DNA of 64,000 bases from Asterias rubens (Eukaryota). How positions within the stretch are numbered: position 1 is the first letter of the stretch; each line of letters starts with the position of its first letter. Location: the NCBI RefSeq assembly GCF_902459465.1, contig NC_047062.1, forward strand, positions 16,058,001 through 16,122,000, written 5' to 3'. The position numbers and the translations under genes were made by a program. The notes beneath the pieces are model-generated. The model was not told the DNA's origin. It saw only the letters and a program-made list of their open reading frames with translations, and searched no databases. Positions 59,301 to 64,000 of this stretch are shown piece by piece.

Positions 59301-60589
59301 AATAGTTCTGAAAAATAGAGTTTCAAAGGATCAAATGCAGATCAACAAGAAACAATGTGATTATTTAAAACGAAAGCTAGCTAGAAGTTATATCTTCCGT
59401 TTTACAAATGTTCTTAATAATGATAACAAACCTCTTTTTTTTCAGGTTTAATCCAAATGTTGGTCCAGACCAAGGTGGTCCTCGTCCATTTAGAGAACCG
59501 TATCCGACTGGTCAGTCCACTGGAGGTTCTCCACCCTACACTGGTAGGCAACCTCCCTACACAGGCGGGCAACAACCGAACCCTGCTGGTCAGCCACCGT
59601 ACTATGGTGGTCAGTCACCAAACCCTGCCGGTCAACCTCCCTACTACGGTGGTCAGTCACCAAACCCCGGTGGCCAACGACCCTACTATGGGGGACAGAC
59701 ACAGAATGCTGGCGGTCAACCTCTTAACACTGGCGGTCAACAACCTTATTATGGTGGCCAGTCACCAAATCCTGTCCGTCCAAATCCCTACTACGGTGGG
59801 CAGACGCCAAACCCTGGCGGTCAACCCCCGTACACTGGCAGACAACCTCCCTACACAGGTGGTCAGTCACAAACTCCAAGCGGGCAGCCTCCGTACTACG
59901 GAGGGCAGCAGCAACCATACCCTAGTGGTGGGCAGAACTACCAAGGAGGAGGGCAGCAACCAACATACCCTGGCCGACAACAGCCCAACTATAACCCCAA
60001 CCCTAACACCAGGCCACAAGGTGTTAATCCTAGACCTCAAACTGGAGGTGGAGGACAGCCAAGCAGGGGCACATCTGGGCAAGGTAAGAACAATTGGAAA
60101 ACAAAATTGGGTGGCTATTAAATCGTCCTTACTCCCAACTGAGAAGCTGAATAATGCACGACACATCCACGTGTTTGAGCTGCAGCCAGTCACACTGACC
60201 CATATGACCCCTGAGCACAGCCAGATTATAAGCTGAAATCGATTCTCAAGGAAGCCATTTGAAAATCTGAAACTCTTTGTTAAACTTAGTTTATGTTTCC
60301 ATGTTATTGGATTGATAAACTGTGGGCTCATAAAAGTAACTTAACAAAAAAAACAGAAAAAAAACGAATGATAATAATTCACACAAAAATATCTTGATTT
60401 TTAATAAATACTCCTTTGTTTTCTCAACAAACTTCAGGCGCAGGTGCCTGTGATAGTTTACCACAAAACATCTGCGGTCAAGGGAAGTGCCTCAATGTGG
60501 AGGGGACCTACACATGCCAGTGCTACGCTGGCTTCTCATTTGATAACGACCAAAAACGCTGCGTACGAGCAAGATACAACAGAGGCTGA
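11093..60589 (+). CDS. LTBP: LTBP-like gene (latent TGF-beta binding protein), 41 coding exons in window, 5'-incomplete; EGF-hybrid-cbEGF-TB1-5xEGF-TB2-24xEGF-TB3-GQPY repeat-EGF
   Basis: Manual splice model: every exon is flanked by AG/GT and the reading frame is continuous. 38 exons are phase 1-1; E39/E40 join in phase 2. Total 6047 nt ending in TGA at 60587. The hybrid + three TB (8-Cys, CCC) domains + 32 EGF modules match the LTBP layout, not fibrillin. Confidence 0.9.
13954..14030 (+). repeat. 17-bp CpG-rich tandem repeat (~4.5 copies)
   Basis: gacaactcgacggttcg units at 13954, 13971, 13988, 14005. Confidence 0.85.
15704..15886 (+). CDS. LTBP: E2: hybrid domain, 5' part
   Basis: tacag|GT; ...[46 protein letters not shown]; G|gtgagt; 183 nt. 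Confidence 0.92.
16186..16335 (-). mobile_element. SINE fragment with V-domain-like block
   Basis: Reverse complement: gcctttcacctc...ccccggttcgaatc...gggttttcagtcccc...tgcgtgggttttccccc...ggttttcctc; related head at 45991-46090 (+). Confidence 0.65.
17504..17564 (+). pseudogene. Donor-less duplicate of hybrid-domain exon E3
   Basis: ttttcag|[22 protein letters not shown], part of a ~135-bp tandem duplication (17429-17564 / 17565-17699); no GT at the equivalent donor position. Confidence 0.75.
17637..17699 (+). CDS. LTBP: E3: hybrid domain, 3' part
   Basis: tttacag|GA; [21 protein letters not shown]; G|gtaagt; 63 nt. Confidence 0.9.
18156..18281 (+). CDS. LTBP: E4: cbEGF
   Basis: tccag|AT; [42 protein letters not shown]; A|gtaagt. 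Confidence 0.95.
18686..19027. mobile_element. Kolobok-like MITE family 1 copy (opposite orientation)
   Basis: TTAA|agcactggacacg...gtccagtgcct|TTAA. Confidence 0.85.
19119..19274 (+). CDS. LTBP: E5: TB1 (8-Cys) domain
   Basis: [51 protein letters not shown]; G|gtaaga. Confidence 0.93.
20604..20675 (+). CDS. LTBP: E6: end of TB1 and short linker
   Basis: ctgcag|CT; [24 protein letters not shown]; 3' end uncertain (in-phase donors at 20631, 20670 and 20676). Confidence 0.8.
22569..22941. mobile_element. Kolobok-like MITE family 1 copy
   Basis: TTAA|agacacaggacactattggtaatt...aattaccaatagtgtccactgcct|TTAA. Confidence 0.9.
22967..23347. mobile_element. Fully palindromic TTAA-flanked MITE family 3
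   Basis: TIR AGGAACACGTTGC; whole element folds back around gggagtcaaa|tttgactccc (23156/7). Confidence 0.88.
26399..26530 (+). CDS. LTBP: E7: EGF
   Basis: [44 protein letters not shown]; G|gtaggg. Confidence 0.93.
26674..27053. mobile_element. Kolobok-like MITE family 1 copy
   Basis: TTAA|agacactgaacactattggtaatt...gtgtccactgcct|TTAA. Confidence 0.9.
27814..27939 (+). CDS. LTBP: E8: cbEGF
   Basis: [42 protein letters not shown]; G|gtgaag. Confidence 0.93.
28804..28932 (+). CDS. LTBP: E9: cbEGF
   Basis: [43 protein letters not shown]; G|gtaatt. Confidence 0.93.
29042..29300 (+). mobile_element. Degraded SINE of the 61631 family
   Basis: gtgggttcaagtc...gtgacacttgtgcccttaagcaagacactt, then body similar to 61760-61900. 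Confidence 0.7.
29371..29496 (+). CDS. LTBP: E10: cbEGF
   Basis: [42 protein letters not shown]; G|gtcagt. Confidence 0.93.
29596..29850. mobile_element. Kolobok-like MITE family 1 copy, internally deleted
   Basis: TTAA|aggcactgaacactattggtaatt...ttccagtgtct|TTAA. Confidence 0.85.
30151..30303 (+). CDS. LTBP: E11: cbEGF + linker
   Basis: [51 protein letters not shown]; G|gtaaat. Confidence 0.92.
30779..30979 (+). CDS. LTBP: E12: TB2, TGF-beta-binding type 8-Cys domain (C-x4-C)
   Basis: [67 protein letters not shown]; T|gtaagt. Confidence 0.93.
31501..31596 (+). CDS. LTBP: E13: end of TB2 + linker
   Basis: ttcttcag|TT; [32 protein letters not shown]; G|gtgagc. Confidence 0.92.
31811..32074 (+). 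mobile_element. tRNA-derived SINE, same head as 61631 but different body
   Basis: tggcctagcgg...ggttcgagtcc...gtgtccttaagcaagacac; body matches 36579-36685. Confidence 0.8.
32159..32284 (+). CDS. LTBP: E14: EGF (GINEC type)
   Basis: [42 protein letters not shown]; G|gtatgt. Confidence 0.93.
32414..32816. mobile_element. Non-autonomous DNA transposon with CATAGAG termini and 8-bp TSD (P-element-like)
   Basis: 33-bp TIR CATAGAGCTATATATAT(C/T)GACTAGAGC(A/G)CTAAC; GGTTGAAC duplicated at 32406-13 and 32817-24. Confidence 0.85.
32925..33163. mobile_element. CCWGG-flank MITE
   Basis: CCAGG|gcctaagttcatagagctgcttaa...ttaagcagctctaataaattgggc|TCAGG. Confidence 0.7.
33231..33356 (+). CDS. LTBP: E15: EGF (GINEC type)
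   Basis: [42 protein letters not shown]; G|gtgtgt. Confidence 0.92.
33389..33619. mobile_element. Foldback element with tRNA-like arms, copy 1
   Basis: gttgaacaaagacaa / ttgtctttgttcaac perfect 15-bp ends; minus-strand A-box (TAGCTCAGTAGG) and B-box (GGTTCAAATC). Confidence 0.7.
33778..33903 (+). CDS. LTBP: E16: EGF (GINEC type)
   Basis: [42 protein letters not shown]; G|gtaagt. Confidence 0.93.
34261..34386 (+). CDS. LTBP: E17: EGF (GINEC type)
   Basis: [42 protein letters not shown]; G|gtaaac. Confidence 0.93.
34604..34732 (+). CDS. LTBP: E18: EGF (paralog of E25)
   Basis: [43 protein letters not shown]; G|gtaatg. Confidence 0.92.
35063..35180. mobile_element. Kolobok-like MITE family 1 fragment
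   Basis: One end only (ttaaaggcactattggcaattac...ctccctctgaagta); stops ~30 nt before the E19 acceptor. Confidence 0.75.
35213..35332 (+). CDS. LTBP: E19: EGF (paralog of E26)
   Basis: [40 protein letters not shown]; G|gttagt. Confidence 0.92.
35617..35742 (+). CDS. LTBP: E20: EGF
   Basis: [42 protein letters not shown]; G|gtaaat. Confidence 0.92.
   Translation, partial: LLTSVEDIQIFAAMGPAWPEIAPTDVSVRKDMNSRISTVLA
36290..36505. mobile_element. Foldback element with a perfect 79-bp inverted repeat and CCGAGGCGAAGCC centre
   Basis: 36290-36368 is the exact reverse complement of 36427-36505. Confidence 0.8.
36816..37002 (+). repeat. 93-bp tandem duplication x2
   Basis: catgaaacagatttgtcc...gtttctttttg at 36816 and 36909, identical as read. 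Confidence 0.9.
37217..37342 (+). CDS. LTBP: E21: EGF
   Basis: [42 protein letters not shown]; T|gtaagt. Confidence 0.92.
37422..37935. mobile_element. Foldback-headed element (perfect 34-bp IR 37444-77 / 37499-532) with ctcgaccaat motifs
   Basis: Inverted repeat seen directly; right boundary approximate. Confidence 0.6.
38198..38310. repeat. ~110-bp palindromic element with CTCF-like ends, second copy
   Basis: ctctaggcggcagcagac...accaggta / tacctggtagtctgccgcc. Confidence 0.65.
38594..38961. mobile_element. Fully palindromic TTAA-flanked MITE family 3, second copy
   Basis: TTAA|aggaacacgttgccttggatc...gatccaaggcaacgtgttcct|TTAA; a right-half fragment also at ~31205-31366. Confidence 0.9.
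39083..39211 (+). CDS. LTBP: E22: EGF
   Basis: [43 protein letters not shown]; A|gtaaat. Confidence 0.9.
39664..40003. mobile_element. Foldback element with AGGCGAAGCCGAGG centre
   Basis: acaattgttgcacgctgtgac (39664) / gtcacagcgtgcaacaattgt (39823); tail with ctcgaccaatcaaa ends ~20 nt before the E23 acceptor. Confidence 0.65.
40026..40151 (+). CDS. LTBP: E23: EGF
   Basis: [42 protein letters not shown]; G|gtagga. Confidence 0.9.
40370..40560. mobile_element. Foldback element with tRNA-like arms, copy 2
   Basis: Two ~62-bp tRNA-like segments back to back (40381-40444 minus, 40461-40522 plus). Confidence 0.72.
40662..41107. mobile_element. Foldback element with CTCGGCCTTCGGCCTCGG centre
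   Basis: Imperfect ~85-bp arms spanning 40912-41098; ttctgattggct motif at 5' side. Confidence 0.65.
41241..41366 (+). CDS. LTBP: E24: EGF
   Basis: [42 protein letters not shown]; G|gtaagt. Confidence 0.9.
41447..41641. mobile_element. MITE, PIF/Harbinger-like
   Basis: 32-bp TIR AGCCCGGTTCATACTTCC(A/T)GCGAATGCGAATG; left flank TAA, right flank TTC; superfamily assignment tentative. Confidence 0.75.
41937..42065 (+). CDS. LTBP: E25: EGF (paralog of E18)
   Basis: [43 protein letters not shown]; G|gtaaac. Confidence 0.92.
42386..43276 (+). repeat. 137-bp tandem repeat x6, each containing 23-bp subrepeats
   Basis: Unit starts at 42386, 42523, 42660, 42797, 42934, 43071; last unit is 206 bp (three extra ttgatattgtgtatggaaaagcc). 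Confidence 0.95.
43337..43891 (+). repeat. 37-bp minisatellite x15
   Basis: ATA(A/T)ATAGGTACCTG(C/T)(A/T)AGGGTAGAGGTTGATAGTGT, head to tail. Confidence 0.95.
44164..44283 (+). CDS. LTBP: E26: EGF (paralog of E19)
   Basis: [40 protein letters not shown]; G|gtgagt. Confidence 0.9.
44311..44770. mobile_element. Foldback element with tRNA-like arms, copy 3, right arm split by a MITE (44550-44709)
   Basis: Left arm reverse complement: gatagctcagttgatagagcgccagcacgttaatccagaggtcccaggttcaagtccc; right arm the same but interrupted. Confidence 0.72.
44862..44987 (+). CDS. LTBP: E27: cbEGF
   Basis: [42 protein letters not shown]; G|gtaggt. Confidence 0.93.
45417..45536 (+). CDS. LTBP: E28: cbEGF
   Basis: [40 protein letters not shown]; G|gtgagc. 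Confidence 0.94.
45592..45923. mobile_element. Kolobok-like MITE family 1 copy
   Basis: TTAA|agacactggacactatt...aattaccaatagtttgaagtgcc. Confidence 0.8.
45991..46090 (+). mobile_element. tRNA-Gly-like SINE head
   Basis: ggttggtgtagtgg...gccttccacc...ccccggttcaaatccc, then gggttttcagtccct; no proper cloverleaf. Confidence 0.6.
46197..46316 (+). CDS. LTBP: E29: cbEGF
   Basis: [40 protein letters not shown]; G|gtaaga. Confidence 0.94.
46862..46987 (+). CDS. LTBP: E30: cbEGF
   Basis: [42 protein letters not shown]; G|gtgagt. Confidence 0.93.
47303..47680. mobile_element. Kolobok-like MITE family 1, best-preserved copy
   Basis: Perfect 24-bp TIR AGGCAGTGGACACTATTGGTAATT and TTAA on both sides; no ORF; TTAA TSD with RR termini is the Kolobok signature. 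Confidence 0.92.
48513..48699. mobile_element. CCWGG-family MITE
   Basis: ggccaaatttcatagagctgctt...aagcagctctattgaatgtggcc. Confidence 0.65.
49295..49663. mobile_element. Kolobok-like MITE family 2
   Basis: TTAA|agccattggacccttttggta...taccgaaagggtccaatggct|TTAA, 21-bp TIR with 1 mismatch. Confidence 0.88.
49698..49817 (+). CDS. LTBP: E31: EGF
   Basis: [40 protein letters not shown]; G|gtaagt. Confidence 0.92.
50962..51087 (+). CDS. LTBP: E32: EGF
   Basis: [42 protein letters not shown]; G|gtgggt. Confidence 0.92.
52468..52543 (+). pseudogene. Degenerate EGF pseudo-exon fragment resembling E33
   Basis: Reads [22 protein letters not shown], against E33 [20 protein letters not shown]; no acceptor AG; cut off by a MITE. 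Confidence 0.5.
52707..53077. mobile_element. Kolobok-like MITE (variant TIR), nested in a CCWGG-family MITE
   Basis: TIR A(A/G)GGAAGGTACACGTTTGGTAATT, TTAA TSD; host MITE 52540-52702 resumes as gcaactctat at 53082. Confidence 0.88.
53416..53547 (+). CDS. LTBP: E33: non-Ca EGF
   Basis: [44 protein letters not shown]; G|gtaaaa. Confidence 0.9.
53884..54063. mobile_element. CCWGG-flank MITE
   Basis: CCTGG|gcccaatttcatagc...agctcggtgaaattggcc|CCTGG: exact 5-bp duplication. Confidence 0.75.
54594..54719 (+). CDS. LTBP: E34: cbEGF
   Basis: [42 protein letters not shown]; G|gttagt. Confidence 0.93.
54895..55106. mobile_element. Kolobok-like MITE family 1 half copy
   Basis: Right half ending aattaccaatagtgtccagtgtct; left start approximate. 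Confidence 0.78.
55241..55372 (+). CDS. LTBP: E35: cbEGF
   Basis: [44 protein letters not shown]; G|gtagaa. Confidence 0.93.
55395..55765 (+). mobile_element. Two tandem copies of another tRNA-derived SINE family
   Basis: tgcaaaggtc...ggttcgaatccc...cgagt...gcctgtggattt repeated; relatives at 34915-35030 (-) and 45205-45335 (+). Confidence 0.7.
56105..56290 (+). CDS. LTBP: E36: linker + EGF
   Basis: [62 protein letters not shown]; G|gtgagt. Confidence 0.92.
57697..57822 (+). CDS. LTBP: E37: cbEGF
   Basis: [42 protein letters not shown]; T|gtaagt. Confidence 0.94.
58509..58697 (+). CDS. LTBP: E38: TB3 (8-Cys) domain
   Basis: [63 protein letters not shown]; T|gtgagt. Confidence 0.93.
58999..59158 (+). 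CDS. LTBP: E39: end of TB3 + linker (phase 1 in, phase 2 out)
   Basis: [53 protein letters not shown]; GT|gtaagt. The acceptor (tgaag) has a weak pyrimidine tract but is the only in-phase, stop-free choice I found. Confidence 0.8.
59446..60083 (+). CDS. LTBP: E40: 212-aa Gly/Gln/Pro/Tyr-rich repeat exon
   Basis: tttttcag|G (phase 2, matches E39); [11 protein letters not shown]...([14 protein letters not shown]-like)n...RGTSGQ; G|gtaaga; 638 nt; lies inside ORF 59408..60121. Confidence 0.88.
60438..60589 (+). CDS. LTBP: E41: terminal EGF and stop
   Basis: cttcag|GC; [50 protein letters not shown]; an alternative in-frame acceptor lies 6 nt downstream (60444). Confidence 0.88.
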
Positions 60590-61122
60590 TCAGCAACTCT
60601 TTCTTAAAATCTTAATATCTTTTTCTGTGTATGTTTTGATGTGGTTTTTATCGGTTGTGCCTTCCATTGTACAAAATCCATTTTCAAGAAGCAGCTTATG
60701 CACATTGGAAGGGTTGGGGCGTGGTTATCACCCCCCCCCCCCCCCCCCTCCCCAAAGCTGCATGGTGAGCCAATGTACCCAGACTACGAACTAACATGCT
60801 GCATTTTAAGCTATGGAGCATTGGAAACATCTTCATTCATTTCTGTAATGGGAATTGTTGATTATTGGTGGGGTCTTTGTTTTGTTTATTTGGTCAGTTT
60901 AAAAATGTCTATATTTTGAGGTTTACAAGCAATCATTTGGCCTACTTGACTGTATTTGTGTGTTTCGTAGAAACTCAAGCAGTCACATGAAGTCACATGA
61001 ACTTGTCTCTCCATGCTTACTTGAGATCCCCATAAACAAATACTGGATTTAGTTTGAGGTGAGTATAATAATTCAGCTCAAGCTCAATCGACTTTTAAAC
61101 TTGCAACAGCTTAAAAATTCCA

Positions 61123-61128
61123 AATAAA
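61123..61128 (+). terminator. Candidate polyadenylation signal (AATAAA) of the LTBP gene
   Basis: First AATAAA I found downstream of the stop; others at 62473 and 62584; no transcript evidence. Confidence 0.3.
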
Positions 61129-61630
61129 TATCAACAAAATGAATATATTTTAATCTGTTGTATAATCTTTTAAACATCTAGAAGTTTAACCTTGAAAATT
61201 GTATATTATTATTACATGACACATCTGCTTTTGTTTGATTTGCCGTTTGTGCAAAAATGTTGAAGCCAATGTTCCTCTTAAAGGTTCGGTCTTAGATTGG
61301 TTTTTGTCAATGAAATGCTGATTTATAGACAAAATTATCAAGAAACATGAAGTAAAAGTCAGTCACCTGTGAAAGTTTCAGCTGAAAACAGTGTTTGTAC
61401 AGCAAACAAAACATGGTATTTTCATGAAGAACGTTGAATCCATCCACGTTTAGTGAGGGGGTGGTGATTACCAACAACATCTCTGGGCGCAGCATTCACA
61501 AACGGACACCAAGGAAATTAGACTTCTCAGTCGACCCTCAGAAATCTGAGAACCGATTCATGCATGAATCGTTTCTCAGACTGAAATGTTTTTGGATCAA
61601 AAGTTATCCAAACCATATTACTATGAAAGT

Positions 61631-62032
61631 GGAAGTGTCGTGGCCGAGTGGTTAAGAGCACCGAATTCAAACTCGGGCGTTTCTGATCAGCAGAGTGTGG
61701 GTTCGAATCCCCAGCCGTGACACTTGTGTCCTTAAGCAAGACACTTAACCATTGCTTCGTATGGGATGTAAAGCCGTAGGTCCCATGTGTTGTGTAGCGC
61801 ATGTAAATGAACCCAGTGCACTTATCGAAAAAAAAGGGGTTCGCCCTGTTTTTTTTTGCTGTGGCTGCTGTATGCGTCGAAGCACATTGTAAACCCTTAA
61901 AGTGTGCTAAATAATTGGGTCTCAGAATTCATCACTGCAATAACCTACATCTCTCTGAAAGTTTGTATATACTCAGCGCCTTGAGTACCTTGTTATATAA
62001 GACTTTGATATTATTATTATTATTATTATTAT
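61631..62032 (+). mobile_element. Near full-length tRNA-derived SINE with CORE-like block and (TAT)n tail
   Basis: A-box tggccgagtgg, B-box ggttcgaatccc, gtgacacttgtgtccttaagcaagacacttaacc, tail tattattat... Confidence 0.85.
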
Positions 62033-63784
62033 GAAGGGAATCCTTTCCCAAAAATTGTCATGCTACCAACAGCTGCTGAGTGCTTCTTACCAAGCAAGTT
62101 TCATGCCCATTCATTTTGAGAGTACATTATCTATGCCCGAACCTTTAGAGGTATCATAAAGGATTGGTAAGGATGAAAAAACACCATTGTCGAATTTTAG
62201 TCTGAAACCTCGGAGATTATAAAGCTCAAGGATCACTTTTTTTCTGTGAAATATTTCCCTCTGAAATTAAAGTCACCATGTTCAAGAAAACTGTATCTGA
62301 AAACCTTAACAAAAATGCAACAAGATTTCAGTTTGTTACAACAAAAATTAAGGACACGGTTACATGGTGGAAAATGTGCAAGGTTTTTAACTATTTGGGG
62401 ACATTATCTTCTCCCTGCCCAGATTTTCATAAGTTTGGTATTTCATGTAAAATTTGCAGTATATGCTGCCCAAATAAATTCAACAGAGACTGATCACAAT
62501 TATTGGCATTCTAGCTCAAATTTACTGACGTCTTCAAGGAAATTGAGTCTGCATCCAACTTCTCTTGCATTTCATTTGACATTAATAAAAGCATACATTA
62601 AATTAGTAAACAGTATAAGAACAAATTAGCACCTATTCCAAAGAAATATATATATAGTTTTTTTAAGACATTATTTGTTTATTTACTAGATAGCATGTAC
62701 TCCCCCCAAAAAAGGTTTCCTTTTTTTATTTATTCATCATTTTAGGGAAGTAAATTGGTATATTATGTTTCCAAAAACTTTGAAATACCCAAATTTTACA
62801 TAAAATTATCAACAGCCAAAAAATCTTACACATTTTGTTTTTATTCATCCAAAAAATGTTTCCCGTTGTAGCCATACTTTGTGTTTGGCTTTGTTTCTCG
62901 AGTCACACTCCTTGTATTTACTCAAAACCAATATTTTAATTTATTATATACCCAATTGTTAGCATTGCCAATTTGGCTTCAATATTTGTAGCAGTGTATA
63001 TAAAAAACAATGTCTGCTTAAAATAGTTGGTATCAATTAACATATAATGTACATCGTCTTCCAATGCAGTCGTAAATCTAAATGCATGTTTGGAAAAGGA
63101 AGTTATATTTTAGTTAATGAAGTATAGCACTGTTCTTTGTCTATAACTATCATTTGCATTCTTTTAATGATAAATTTTATCTGATAAATTTTATGTATTT
63201 ACCATATTAATTATCCTATAAATTTCATTAAAAACAAACTGCAGGTACCGAATGCAAAGGCTCAAACCAATAAGCCATTTGCGAGTTGAAATTGTTTCTG
63301 AATTAACTTATTAGTGTCACAAAATGTTAGTTATAATAATGAAAACGTTTGCCTAAAAAGACAATCAGGGTGGTTTAAAATGCTGAAACCAAACACAATT
63401 ACAACAAATTACAAGCAATATACAGATAAGTAGTAACCAAGCAAATTAAAATAACGCACATTTTAGGCAGATCTATTGGAGACAGTTTAAATAGTTCAGG
63501 GCAAGCTTGTGTGTAGCAACCTCCAAATCAATGAGCAAACCCTAGTACCATTGTGACATAGACATTCATTTAAAATTGTCAAGAGTGTTTGCCCTTTCTA
63601 CATGTATGTTATCACACAAAAGCTAATCAAGAATCAGGGAACATAGCAACTGTTTCTGAAGTCTTGAGGAAGTCAAATTTAAGCGGTAAATTGTGACTCA
63701 GCAAGTCACTTTATTACCAGACATAATTTCAAACTTGCAAATGGCTTATTCAAACCATGGAGGAAGGAATAGGAGACTTTCCAA

Positions 63785-63896
63785 CGCTAGGTGGCAGCAG
63801 ACATACCGGGTAAATTTCCATTGTTTACGTAGTTCTGAACATGCGCATAATTCTGAGAACAATGGATTTACCCGGTAAGTCTGCTGCCCTCTATCG
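63785..63896. repeat. ~110-bp palindromic element with CTCF-like ends
   Basis: cgctaggtggcagcagac...accgggtaaat / atttacccggtaagtctgctgccctctatcg; relatives at 38198-38310 and 17395-17445. Confidence 0.7.
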
Positions 63897-64000
63897 TCCC
63901 AGAAAGTCTCCCATTGTTCAAACAGTCCAAAGGTGTGGTAGTTAACCTTACACCATCAGATGTTAGAATTTCAGGCCTGAAATTATGGCGTCTTTGCCCC

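Noticed and set aside
59457-60331. Long overlapping ORFs 59457-60236 (+) and 59867-60331 (-)
   Set aside because: Shadow frames of the low-complexity exon E40; only the GQPPYY frame fits the splice phases on both sides.
11093-60589. Calling the gene fibrillin
   Set aside because: Only one hybrid and three TB domains; the hybrid ends GFKKV...C in LTBP style; TB2 has the LTBP-specific insertion; the CDS stops after one EGF with no fibrillin C-terminal (FibuCT) domain or furin site.
11093-60589. RGD integrin motif as in some LTBPs/fibrillins
   Set aside because: None found in the manual translation, including across exon junctions.
7977-60753. Poly-C tracts (7977, 12818, 13011, 53614, 60730) as G-quadruplex/i-motif regulators
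   Set aside because: Simple homopolymers, common in such genomes and error-prone in assembly; nothing in context supports function.
40381-61720. tRNA genes at 40381-40522, 44330-44400, 45991-46070, 55600-55665, 61637-61715
   Set aside because: A and B boxes are present, but acceptor stems are broken and each continues into a repeat body. They are SINE/foldback heads, not functional tRNAs.
62640-64000. 3' UTR of a convergent minus-strand gene
   Set aside because: AT-rich with minus-strand AATAAA hexamers, but no exon or ORF within the window supports it.

Overview
Eukaryotic (metazoan) genomic DNA: AT-rich, GT-AG spliceosomal introns, dense in MITEs and tRNA-derived SINEs. The repeat landscape suggests a marine invertebrate deuterostome, probably an echinoderm (inference, not proven). 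One gene dominates the window on the + strand: a latent TGF-beta binding protein (LTBP)-type gene. I reconstructed it by hand as 41 coding exons from 11093 to a TGA stop at 60587-60589 (6047 nt, about 2015 codons). The signal-peptide/5' exon(s) were not found and probably lie upstream. Domain order: EGF - Ser-rich linker - hybrid - cbEGF - TB1 - 5 EGF - TB2 (C-x4-C, the TGF-beta-binding type) - 24 EGF - TB3 - 212-aa Gly/Gln/Pro/Tyr repeat exon - EGF - stop. Unusual points: the long EGF array sits after rather than before the TGF-beta-binding TB domain; the array shows recent exon duplications, a pseudo-exon and a donor-less duplicated exon; and there is a prion-like/adhesive-like YY-GQPP repeat domain near the C-terminus. 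Introns carry Kolobok-like (TTAA), P-like (8-bp TSD), CCWGG-TSD and foldback elements, foldbacks with tRNA-like arms, and a SINE whose interior has expanded into a compound satellite. The supplied ORF track mostly shows exon fragments or chance ORFs. No rRNA, true tRNA, CRISPR or intact transposase gene was seen. All coordinates and translations were read manually; no searches were run.
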